Source of the DNA: Clostridia bacterium | Lineage (GTDB): Bacteria > Bacillota > Clostridia > Christensenellales > UBA1242 | DNA length: 56,729 nt | Direction of reading: 5' to 3' | Assembly: GCA_017398655.1 (NCBI GenBank) | Contig: JAFQFI010000016.1 | Location: 1-56,729, forward strand | Shown: one piece after another, positions 48,935 through 56,729 of the stretch | Layout of the letters: each line of letters opens with the position of its first letter | Numbering within the stretch: position 1 is the first letter of the stretch | Made by a program: the position numbers and the translations under genes | Notes under the pieces: generated by a model | Databases searched by the model: none | What the model was told of the DNA's origin: nothing | Seen by the model: the letters and a program-made list of their open reading frames with translations, nothing else

Positions 48935-50386
48935 TTATTGTTGTGGTGGTAATTCTTTAACTAAAGTAAGTGTAGGTTGTTCTGCTACTTGTTCCATAGG
49001 TTGACCTTGTTCTGGTAAAAAGTTAAGCGTTTCAAGTGTTGCTTGGTCTACTGGAATGTTTGCTTGGTTTGCCAATTTCATAAATTCTTGTACATAACCA
49101 TCAACGCTTTCTTGCAAAGGCAAAGCTCTCATTTGTTGCTGTAAAGCAACATATAATTCATTAGGTTGTTCAAGATTTACCTCGCCAATACAACTTGTAT
49201 ATGCTGTATGAAAGAAGCAATCTGCCATTACTTGTGAAATAACGCTTGTCTTATATCCGTTGCAGGCGTTCATTGCTTCCAAATAAAAGTCAGGCCATCT
49301 AAGTCCATAATCTTTTGACATTGATCTTGCTGCTTCAGCCACATTAAAGTTTTGTTCTATTTGATATATAGAAGAATATATTTCTGGGTTTGCTAAAGCG
49401 TATGCTGCAACATCATATTCATACTCCATAGGTTTGGTACCTAAAGATTTTGGGTGTCCATATATGTCGCCTGCACCAAGTTTAAAAGCAGTGTGTTCTA
49501 TAAACCTATTTTCTGTAAAAACAGTTTGTGCTGCCTGTTCTGTGGTAACTTGACTTGTACCCAATTCTTTTTGAAACATTCTTTCGTAAATACTTGTTTG
49601 AGAATTGTTTATAAAGTATGTCAAACTTGAGTCATAAGCGCCACCATTATCAATTAAGGTGCTTACTTTTATATAAGGCGTTCCGTCAGGTCCTTTTGTT
49701 TGCACAAAAGTAATATTGTTTCTGTGGTTATCTGTATTTCCAACCTTCCAGCAAAAATAACTGTTAACAATTAAATCTCTTTGAAGGTTAGGGTCTATAG
49801 CTAAACCAATGGTATCTGCATAACTTTGTATTGCTCTAAGATAGTTTGGTAAGTTGCTTCCAATATTACCTTCGTTTAAAAATTTTAATAAAAAGTCACC
49901 TTGAATAAGGTTGTCGTTTTCCCCTAAAATATTTCTTGATAAGCAACCTCTTTGAAGAATGCCTTCTTTGTCTTTATATTCTGCAAGTTGGTATTCTGCA
50001 ACATCAACAACAGGGGCATCATATTGTCTGCCATAAATGTCTGTTTTTTTAGTTGTTCCTAAACCTTTTGAAACTGTATAGCAAAAAACTTCTGCAACAT
50101 CTTCTAAACAACCTTTTAGTTCGTTATAAACAAAATGGTGTTGGCTAAATGGTGTTGGAGTGTCAAAACTTCCCATAGAGTGAAAGTATTGTACAATAGA
50201 ACTTCTATTGTTGGTTTGCATAGAGTCAGCACCATAGTTTCCGTCTTGTTGTTTGCGTTTAAAAAACCAATCTTGTGATATTTGGTAAATTGATGAGTGG
50301 CCTTTGTTTACTGATATAGATTTAGGGTAACCAGATTTATATATCTTTTCCCAATCAATAAGTACTCTTCGTGAAGCAATATCCAT
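48935..50386 (-). CDS. HipA/CtkA-like Ser/Thr kinase
   Basis: WFFK lysine, AEVFC helix-C Glu, GCLSRN, catalytic loop GNTDNHRNNI, Mg-binding LIDNG. Confidence 0.72.
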   Translation of the reverse strand: MDIASRRVLIDWEKIYKSGYPKSISVNKGHSSIYQISQDWFFKRKQQDGNYGADSMQTNNRSSIVQYFHSMGSFDTPTPFSQHHFVYNELKGCLEDVAEVFCYTVSKGLGTTKKTDIYGRQYDAPVVDVAEYQLAEYKDKEGILQRGCLSRNILGENDNLIQGDFLLKFLNEGNIGSNLPNYLRAIQSYADTIGLAIDPNLQRDLIVNSYFCWKVGNTDNHRNNITFVQTKGPDGTPYIKVSTLIDNGGAYDSSLTYFINNSQTSIYERMFQKELGTSQVTTEQAAQTVFTENRFIEHTAFKLGAGDIYGHPKSLGTKPMEYEYDVAAYALANPEIYSSIYQIEQNFNVAEAARSMSKDYGLRWPDFYLEAMNACNGYKTSVISQVMADCFFHTAYTSCIGEVNLEQPNELYVALQQQMRALPLQESVDGYVQEFMKLANQANIPVDQATLETLNFLPEQGQPMEQVAEQPTLTLVKELPPQQ

Positions 50387-50404
50387 AATTAATCTCCTAA
50401 TATA

Positions 50405-50433
50405 ATTTTACTTTTAGGTTATCTTTTTGTCAA
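50405..50433 (-). promoter_or_regulatory. sigma-A promoter of the kinase operon
   Basis: TTGACA-17 nt-TAAAAT, then AGGAG RBS. Confidence 0.72.
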
Positions 50434-50539
50434 GATGTGATAGGTGTGGCAATATATATAAAAAAATAAAAAAGAGAAGATAAATTTAAATGTTTTATTA
50501 AACTCTTCTCTTTTTTTAAACGGGGCTAAAATTTAAGTT

Positions 50540-50800
50540 TTAAGCGTTTTTAGTTTTTTCGTAAGCTTCTCTTACGGCAAGTGCCAATTGGTCAGCACAA
50601 GATGTGTTTTTAAAGCCACAAGTGTTGCCTTTAACTTTGTTTTCAATTTGTTCTACTGTCCAACCATCAAGTATTTTAGAAATTGCTTTTAAATTTCCAT
50701 TACAACCACCAAAAAATTGAATATTTGTAATAACATCTTTGTTAATATCAAATTTAATTTGACTTGCACAAACGCCCTTTGTTTTATAAATATATTCCAT
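50540..50800 (-). CDS. TIGR03905-family TSCPD domain protein
   Basis: YKTKGVCA, FFGGCNGNLKAI, CGFKNTSCADQLA. Confidence 0.92.
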   Translation of the reverse strand: MEYIYKTKGVCASQIKFDINKDVITNIQFFGGCNGNLKAISKILDGWTVEQIENKVKGNTCGFKNTSCADQLALAVREAYEKTKNA

Positions 50801-50939
50801 AATAAATATCCTTTTTTTATTATCTTAATTATTAATGTTAAAAGTTTTTCTGTCAACAATTTTATTTTTTATTGCAAAGTTGTTAAATCAATTTTATTGT
50901 GGTATATTACAAAAAAGATATTTTATTTATGGAGAAGAA

Positions 50940-52562
50940 ATGAAGGCAACAAATATGTATTTAACTTTGGGTACAGAAGTTATATATGATGACGCATCTT
51001 TTCAATTAAATAAATTAGATAAAGTAGGGGTAGTTGGCGTTAATGGTGCAGGAAAAACTACTCTTTTTAAGGTTATTTTAAAACAATTAGAATTGGACTA
51101 TGGTTCAATTAATATTGGCAAAGGAAGAATAGGGTTTTTACCTCAAGAAGTTAAGTTTGACAACCCAAACTTAACGGTATGGGATTATCTTTTAGAAGCC
51201 CGTCCAATACAAAAAATAAATTTACGACTTGAAGAAATTTATACACAATTATCTTCTGCAAATGAAGAAGAACAAAACAAACTTTTAAAAGAAATGGCTT
51301 CTTTACAAGAAGAGTTAGAACTATTAGATTGTTATAACGCAGAAAATGCCCTTCTTCAGATTATAGAAGAAATGAAAATTGATGACACACTTTTATATAG
51401 CAAAGTTGGCGAACTTTCTGGTGGACAAAAATCAAAAGTTGCATTTGCTGGAATTTTGTATGGAAAACCAGATTTATTATTGTTAGATGAACCAACAAAT
51501 CACTTAGATGTATCTACAAAAGATTTTATTGTTTCTTACTTAAAAAATTATAAAGGAACAATTTTGGTTATTAGTCACGATATTGATTTTTTAAATAAAA
51601 TAATAAATAAAGTAATGCATATAAACAAAATAAATCATAAAATTAAAATTTATGACGGAAATTATACAAGTTTTAAGAAAAAATTGTTAGAAGAAAGTAA
51701 ATTAAAAGAACTTCGTATAACTCAGCAAGAAAAAGAAATAAAAAGGTTAGAAGATTTTGTTTTTAAAGCAAAACAAGCAAGTAGAACTAACCACAATTTA
51801 AAGCGTATGGGGCAGGATAGAGAAGTTAAACTTGAAAAGAAAAAAGCCGAACTTGAAAGACGAGATAAAGAATATAAAAAAGTTAGTATGAATATAGAGC
51901 CAAATAGAGAGGGCTCAAAAGTTCCTTTAAAAATAGAAGATTTAACTTTTAGATACGAAGGTAAAAATAATTTGTATCAAAAATTATCTTTTTATTTATC
52001 TCAAGGCGAAAGGTTTTTGGTTGTTGGTGAAAACGGTGTAGGCAAATCAACTTTATTAAAATTAATTATGGGACAGTTAAAACCAATAAAAGGAGAAATA
52101 AGTTTTGGTACAAAAACAGATATTGCTTATTACGCTCAAGAGTTGGAACTTTTAGACGAAAACAAATCTATTTTTGAAAATGTTCAAAGCGAATATTTTA
52201 CCGATTTAAAAATAAGAAACATTTTAGGCAATTTCTTGTTTTTTGATAAACAAGTTTTTAAAAAAATAAAAATATTATCTCCGGGTGAAAAAGCAAGGGT
52301 TTCTTTATGTAAATTGTTATTACAAAAAGCAAACTTTTTAATTTTGGACGAGCCAACAAACCACTTAGACCCAGACACGCAAGCAGTTATTGGTGAAAAT
52401 TTTAAAGAATATACTGGTACAATTTTATTGGTTAGTCATAACCCAAGTTTTGTAGAACAAATAGGTATAACTCGTATGCTTATTTTGCCAGAAGGTAAAA
52501 TAGTAGATTATTCAAAAGAGTTATTAGAGTATTACTACTTAGTAAACAACTTAGAAAAATAA
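50940..52562 (+). CDS. ABC-F family ribosome-associated ATPase
   Basis: Two ABC domains (GVNGAGKTT/LSGGQ/LLDEPTNHLD; GENGVGKST/LSPGE/ILDEPTNHLD), no TM segments; start ATG 50940 after GGAG. Confidence 0.92.
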   Translation: MKATNMYLTLGTEVIYDDASFQLNKLDKVGVVGVNGAGKTTLFKVILKQLELDYGSINIGKGRIGFLPQEVKFDNPNLTVWDYLLEARPIQKINLRLEEIYTQLSSANEEEQNKLLKEMASLQEELELLDCYNAENALLQIIEEMKIDDTLLYSKVGELSGGQKSKVAFAGILYGKPDLLLLDEPTNHLDVSTKDFIVSYLKNYKGTILVISHDIDFLNKIINKVMHINKINHKIKIYDGNYTSFKKKLLEESKLKELRITQQEKEIKRLEDFVFKAKQASRTNHNLKRMGQDREVKLEKKKAELERRDKEYKKVSMNIEPNREGSKVPLKIEDLTFRYEGKNNLYQKLSFYLSQGERFLVVGENGVGKSTLLKLIMGQLKPIKGEISFGTKTDIAYYAQELELLDENKSIFENVQSEYFTDLKIRNILGNFLFFDKQVFKKIKILSPGEKARVSLCKLLLQKANFLILDEPTNHLDPDTQAVIGENFKEYTGTILLVSHNPSFVEQIGITRMLILPEGKIVDYSKELLEYYYLVNNLEK

Positions 52563-52591
52563 AAAAGTCGTCTAATTTTGGCGACTTTTTT
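52561..52591. terminator. Bidirectional terminator at the tRNA-Arg 3' end
   Basis: AAAAAAGTCGTC / GGCGACTTTTTT. Confidence 0.75.
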
Positions 52592-52665
52592 GGTGCTTCT
52601 GCCAAGAGTTGAACTTAGATTAACGGCTCCGGAAACCGTTGTGTTATCCATTACACTACAGAAGC
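52591..52665 (-). tRNA. tRNA-Arg(CCG)
   Basis: GCTTCTG/CAGAAGC acceptor, ACGGT-TTCCGGA-GCCGT anticodon arm, ACCA end. Confidence 0.93.
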
Positions 52666-52895
52666 AAAAGATTTACACAATTTCTTACAATTTGTTTATA
52701 ACCTTAATTTTAATTATATATTAACAAATATGTAAAAATTTTCAAATAATTAAAATAAAGTTATTGTAATATGGTAATTATAATACAAAATACAAAAATT
52801 AATTTGTTTGCTTTTATAATAATTTTATATATAATAATTTTATTAGAGATATTACAATATAACCTAATAAATAAAAGTAAAAAAAGAGACAAATT

Positions 52896-53069
52896 GTGTT
52901 TATATTAAATCAAGTTATAAAAACAAAAAAGCCCCATGCTTGTGGTTGCAACGAGTGGACTATTGTAAGAATAGGTGCAGATTATAAAATAAAATGTAAT
53001 AATTGTGAAAGAATTATTTTAGTAGATTCCACTAAACTAAATAAAATTGTTAAAAAACAAAGTCAATAA
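52896..53069 (+). CDS. DUF951 family protein (57 aa, not in the supplied ORF track)
   Basis: Manual translation from GTG: MFILNQVIKTKKPHACGCNEWTIVRIGADYKIKCNNCERIILVDSTKLNKIVKKQSQ. Confidence 0.88.
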   Translation: MFILNQVIKTKKPHACGCNEWTIVRIGADYKIKCNNCERIILVDSTKLNKIVKKQSQ

Positions 53070-53107
53070 AAATTATAAAAAACAATATAAAAATTAAAAG
53101 GTTAAAA

Positions 53108-53815
53108 ATGAAATTTTCAGATATTTCTTTACAAGATGTAAATAAAAAATATTCAAATAAAAAACCCATTATATTAAAGATAATAGATGTGGTTTTTGCT
53201 TTGTATATTTTATTATGCGTGGCTTATTTAGTTTTTTGTGTTGTTTTTATAAAAGCCGAGGTTATTGGTGTTTCAATGCAACCCACATACAATAAAAACT
53301 TAAGTTTAAGTGAAGATTATGAAAAATCTATATATAAAGATATTGTTTTTGCAAATCGTTTTGAAAAGGGAACAAACGGAGACATTGTCTTGGCTCAAGT
53401 AGAAAACGAACTTGTTATAAAAAGAATAATAGCAACAGAAGGTCAAAAACTTACTTTGCAATTAGAGTCAGACGGTTATTACTATTACTATTTAACAAAC
53501 GCCGATGGTAAAACAAAAAAATTAAATGAAGATTACATTGCAAACAACAGATACGCAATGAACTTTGAATATTACCTAATGTTTAGAGAAGCAAACAAAG
53601 ATATTGTTGTAGATGAGGGATATCCAAACAGAACAACAATATTAATACCAAAAGATAGGGTTTTTATTCTTGGTGATAATAGAGGTCATAGTAATGATAG
53701 TTCAAGTTATGGTGCAATAAAAAAAGATAATATTGAAGGCAAAGTAAGTTTTTCTTACGAATATAACCAAAATTTCTTATCTTTTTTATGGAAAGAGTTT
53801 TGTAGTATATTTTAA
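53108..53815 (+). CDS. lepB: Signal peptidase I
   Basis: One TM segment, GVSMQPT (Ser), GDIV, VIKRII (Lys), LGDNRGHSNDS. Confidence 0.92.
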   Translation: MKFSDISLQDVNKKYSNKKPIILKIIDVVFALYILLCVAYLVFCVVFIKAEVIGVSMQPTYNKNLSLSEDYEKSIYKDIVFANRFEKGTNGDIVLAQVENELVIKRIIATEGQKLTLQLESDGYYYYYLTNADGKTKKLNEDYIANNRYAMNFEYYLMFREANKDIVVDEGYPNRTTILIPKDRVFILGDNRGHSNDSSSYGAIKKDNIEGKVSFSYEYNQNFLSFLWKEFCSIF

Positions 53816-53820
53816 AAAAT

Positions 53821-53853
53821 AAAGGGGATTATACAATGTGTATATCCCCTTTT
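53821..53853. terminator. Bidirectional terminator
   Basis: AAAGGGGAT(T)ATAC / GTATATCCCCTTT. Confidence 0.7.
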
Positions 53854-53878
53854 AAATTATTAAAATATTGTATGTTAT

Positions 53879-54691
53879 TTAAGATTTTACAATTTTATTG
53901 TTATTATCTTTTGTACTATGATATATAAAACCTTTATCAAATAACATATTCATTTTAAGTTTGTTAAAACTTTCTGTTTTTAAATCAGAGCCCAAAAGTT
54001 TGTTTTCAAAAAAACTAAAATAACCATCAGGTGATAATATAATGTGGTCGCATAACCTTATTGATAAAGAGTCGAACAACTCGCACAAGTTCATTGTAAA
54101 ATCAATATCTTCTTCGCTTGGTACAGGTGCTCCATTTGGGTGTGTATGACAAAGAACAATTGTATGTGTTGGGTATTTTAAAATTTGTTGAACAAGTTCT
54201 CTGTTGTTAACATAAAGTTGAGTTATAGAGCCCGTTCCCATCTTTTTAAAACACAAAACATCACCTTTTGTACTAAGACAAATATAATAAAATTTTTCAA
54301 CAGAAGTAAATTCAATAACACTTCTTAAAAAATCTATAATTTGTGCAGGGGTATTTAACTTACGCTTAAAATTTGCTTTACTATGTTTATAAATTTCTGG
54401 AAGTTTAGAGCAAAAACTTAAAAAGCTCGCAACAACATCACCAACCCCTTTGATTCTTTTTAAACTATCAGGCGAAGCTTCTAAAACATTGGTCAAACAA
54501 CCAAATTCGTTTAATAGTTCGTGTGCCAAAGGGTTTACATCTTTTTGTGGCAAAATAAAAGAAAGCATCAATTCAAGTACTTGATGTTCTGGCATAGTAA
54601 CTACATCTGTATTATTAAAAGCATTTCGCAATCTGTGTCTGTGACCCTTATGGGTGTTTTTGTCGTTTAATACATCTTTTTTAGGTTCCAT
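53879..54691 (-). CDS. radC: RadC / JAB domain protein
   Basis: HKGHRHRLR, HhH IKGVG, CHTHPNG..PSEED, LCDHII. Confidence 0.92.
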   Translation of the reverse strand: MEPKKDVLNDKNTHKGHRHRLRNAFNNTDVVTMPEHQVLELMLSFILPQKDVNPLAHELLNEFGCLTNVLEASPDSLKRIKGVGDVVASFLSFCSKLPEIYKHSKANFKRKLNTPAQIIDFLRSVIEFTSVEKFYYICLSTKGDVLCFKKMGTGSITQLYVNNRELVQQILKYPTHTIVLCHTHPNGAPVPSEEDIDFTMNLCELFDSLSIRLCDHIILSPDGYFSFFENKLLGSDLKTESFNKLKMNMLFDKGFIYHSTKDNNNKIVKS

Positions 54692-54791
54692 AGATCTTGA
54701 TTATAACATAATATAAAAAAATGTGGCAATAAATTGACAAAAAAATAATCAAAACTTAAAATATATATGTTAAATAAAAGGAAAAACGCTT

Positions 54792-55655
54792 ATGAAAATA
54801 AAAATAACAGCAGATAGTACAATAGATTTAACAGAAGAACTTATTAAAAAATATGATATTGCAGTACTTCCATTAGTAGTAAACTTGGGCGAAAATTCTT
54901 TGTATGATGGGGTAAATGTATTTCCAGACGATATATATAAATATGTAGAAGAAACTGGAGATTTGCCAAAAACTGGTGCAAGAAGTCCAGAAGATTTTAA
55001 AGAATTTTTCAAACCTTTATTAGATGAAGGATATGAAATTGTTCACTTAGGCATTGGCTCAGATTTTTCTTGTTGCTTTCAAAACTTAAATATTGCTATA
55101 CAAGAATTAACTGGTGTTTATCCGGTTGACTCTCAATCACTTTCAACAGGAACGGGGTTACTTGTTTTATATGCTTGTGATCTTGCTAAAACAGGAAAGT
55201 ATACTGCAAAAGAAATTGCTGAAAAAGTTCAAAATAGAGTTAAAGATGTTCAGGCATCATTTGTTATAGAAAAATTAAAATTTTTATACAAAGGTGGCAG
55301 GTGCAGTATGTTAAGTATGCTTGGTGCAAACTTGCTTAAAATTAAACCAAGTATACAAGTTGTAGATGGTAGAAATGTTGTTGGTAAAAAATATTTTGGA
55401 AATATGGTAAGTTGTGTAAAAAAATATACAGAAGATACTTTAGAAAAATACAACAATCCAGACCATACAAGAGTTTTTATAACATACTCTACAGCAACAC
55501 CAGAAATGATTGAATCGGCAAAAGAAGTATTAAACAACTATGGCAAATTTAAAGAAATTATTGTTACCCAAGCGGGCAGTGTAATTAATTGTCATTGTGG
55601 AAAAAATACCCTTGGTGTTTTATACTTAAATGATGGTGACGAAGGTCACATTTAG
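54792..55655 (+). CDS. DegV family fatty-acid-binding protein
   Basis: ITADSTIDL, PKTGA, VDSQSLSTG, LYKGGR, SVINCHCG. Confidence 0.93.
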   Translation: MKIKITADSTIDLTEELIKKYDIAVLPLVVNLGENSLYDGVNVFPDDIYKYVEETGDLPKTGARSPEDFKEFFKPLLDEGYEIVHLGIGSDFSCCFQNLNIAIQELTGVYPVDSQSLSTGTGLLVLYACDLAKTGKYTAKEIAEKVQNRVKDVQASFVIEKLKFLYKGGRCSMLSMLGANLLKIKPSIQVVDGRNVVGKKYFGNMVSCVKKYTEDTLEKYNNPDHTRVFITYSTATPEMIESAKEVLNNYGKFKEIIVTQAGSVINCHCGKNTLGVLYLNDGDEGHI

Positions 55656-55778
55656 TTTTGTAATTAAAGAATTGTATTTAAAGGTACAATTCTTTTTTTT
55701 TGTAAATGATTATAGAAAATAAAAAAAGAAAGCAAAAGAAATATAAAAAAAGACACAATTTTTTTTGTTGTGTCTTTT

Positions 55779-56126
55779 TTATTGCAAAAATATAATTGTA
55801 ATACCGGGATTTTGGTTTTGTAAGTCGCTATCTAATATAAGCTCTGGGTATAACTTTGTAAAATGTTGATACTTTGCGTTTTGCGTGGTAAATTTTTCGT
55901 TTTGGATATAATCCAAAATTTTACCTTGGCTTAAATATCTTTTTAATAAGAAGTTAAGTTCTTGTTTTATCTTTCCTCCAACACCCTTTGAGCCATACCC
56001 ATGTATAACTTTTAATACTTTTGTTTCTTTACTAATAGCCAAAGTTTCAAGCTCCATTTCTACTTTAGAAAGGGCTTCGTCAACAGCCAAAGGCATTTCT
56101 TTTGTGCTTAAACATAAAATTTTCAT
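55779..56126 (-). CDS. Smr/MutS2 domain protein
   Basis: LKVIHGYGSKGVGG, NPGITII. Confidence 0.85.
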   Translation of the reverse strand: MKILCLSTKEMPLAVDEALSKVEMELETLAISKETKVLKVIHGYGSKGVGGKIKQELNFLLKRYLSQGKILDYIQNEKFTTQNAKYQHFTKLYPELILDSDLQNQNPGITIIFLQ

Positions 56127-56266
56127 ATAAAAAATGTTATATTTTTTTTAAAAAAAGTCAATAAAAAAAGATAAAATGCTTTATTTTAGTAGGATATATC
56201 ATTTTTTTATGATATAATCGGGTTATCCAGATTAGGAAAATTTAAAAAAGAAAAGGAGAAATTTTT

Positions 56267-56539
56267 ATGAATAAAGGAGATGTAGTAAGTTCTATTGCTA
56301 ACAAAGCAGGTTTCACACTTAAAGATGCTGACGAAGCATACAAAGCATTTGTTGAAACTGTTGCAGAAGCTTTAAAGAAAGGCGAAGATGTTGCTCTTGC
56401 AGGTTTTGGTACATTTAAAGTAAAAGAAAAAGCAGCAAGACAAGGTATCAACCCACAAACTAAAGAAGCTATCACAATTCCAGCAACAAAAGCTCCAAGC
56501 TTTAAATTTGGAAAAAGCTTTAAAGAACTTATTAAATAA
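56267..56539 (+). CDS. hup: DNA-binding protein HU
   Basis: MNKGDVV, GFGTFKVKEKAARQGINPQT, PSFKFGK. Confidence 0.97.
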   Translation: MNKGDVVSSIANKAGFTLKDADEAYKAFVETVAEALKKGEDVALAGFGTFKVKEKAARQGINPQTKEAITIPATKAPSFKFGKSFKELIK

Positions 56540-56562
56540 TTTTTAATAAAAATTTTGATTAT

Positions 56563-56598
56563 AAAAAAGATGACTACTTTAAGTAGCCATCTTTTTTT
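56563..56598 (+). terminator. Terminator after hup
   Basis: AAAAAAGATGACTACTT / AAGTAGCCATCTTTTTT. Confidence 0.75.
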
Positions 56599-56729
56599 AT
56601 TTGTTTTTAAACTTTTTATAAATTAATTATTAAAAAGTAAAAATTAAATAAAAGATATTAAAAAACTGTTTATTTATTATTATTAATTATTTTAATTAAT
56701 TTTATTTAAAATATTAAAAATAATTAAAA

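Noticed and set aside
53879-54691. radC as a marker of a mobile element
   Set aside because: It is the full-length chromosomal type with an N-terminal HhH region, flanked by lepB and degV, with no integrase or att sites.
56600-56729. Extremely AT-rich window end as a DNA-unwinding element or repeat array
   Set aside because: No DnaA boxes or regular repeat unit; truncated by the window edge.

Overview
Very AT-rich chromosomal segment of a Firmicute. It is probably Clostridia-like, inferred from yabP/yabQ, degV, DUF951, a TSCPD/TIGR03905 protein and a yybP-ykoY riboswitch. The backbone carries gyrB, gyrA, queH, a ttcA-like gene, pyk, glyA, ddh, pgi, argS, proBAC, lepB, radC, degV, hup, two P-type ATPases and four solitary tRNAs (Val-GAC, Ser-GGA, Leu-AAG, Arg-CCG). 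Accessory and orphan genes are interspersed. I saw no integrase, transposase, CRISPR array or rRNA. The best candidate for an undescribed system is a minus-strand three-gene operon (17616-20979) ending next to tRNA-Val. It encodes (i) a RelA/SpoT-type HD hydrolase-like protein with its catalytic residues replaced, (ii) a RelA/SpoT synthetase domain fused to two TagD-like nucleotidyltransferase domains, one degenerate and one intact, and (iii) a translationally coupled DHH/DHHA1 phosphoesterase. Other notable items are a HipA-like kinase followed by a HipS-like gene with no HipB, a rare tRNA-Leu(AAG), several acidic orphan enzymes sharing a short C-terminal hydrophobic-S/T-hydrophobic motif, nucleotide house-cleaning genes inside gyrB-gyrA, and many apparently leaderless genes. 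All family calls come from recognising motifs by eye; no searches were run.
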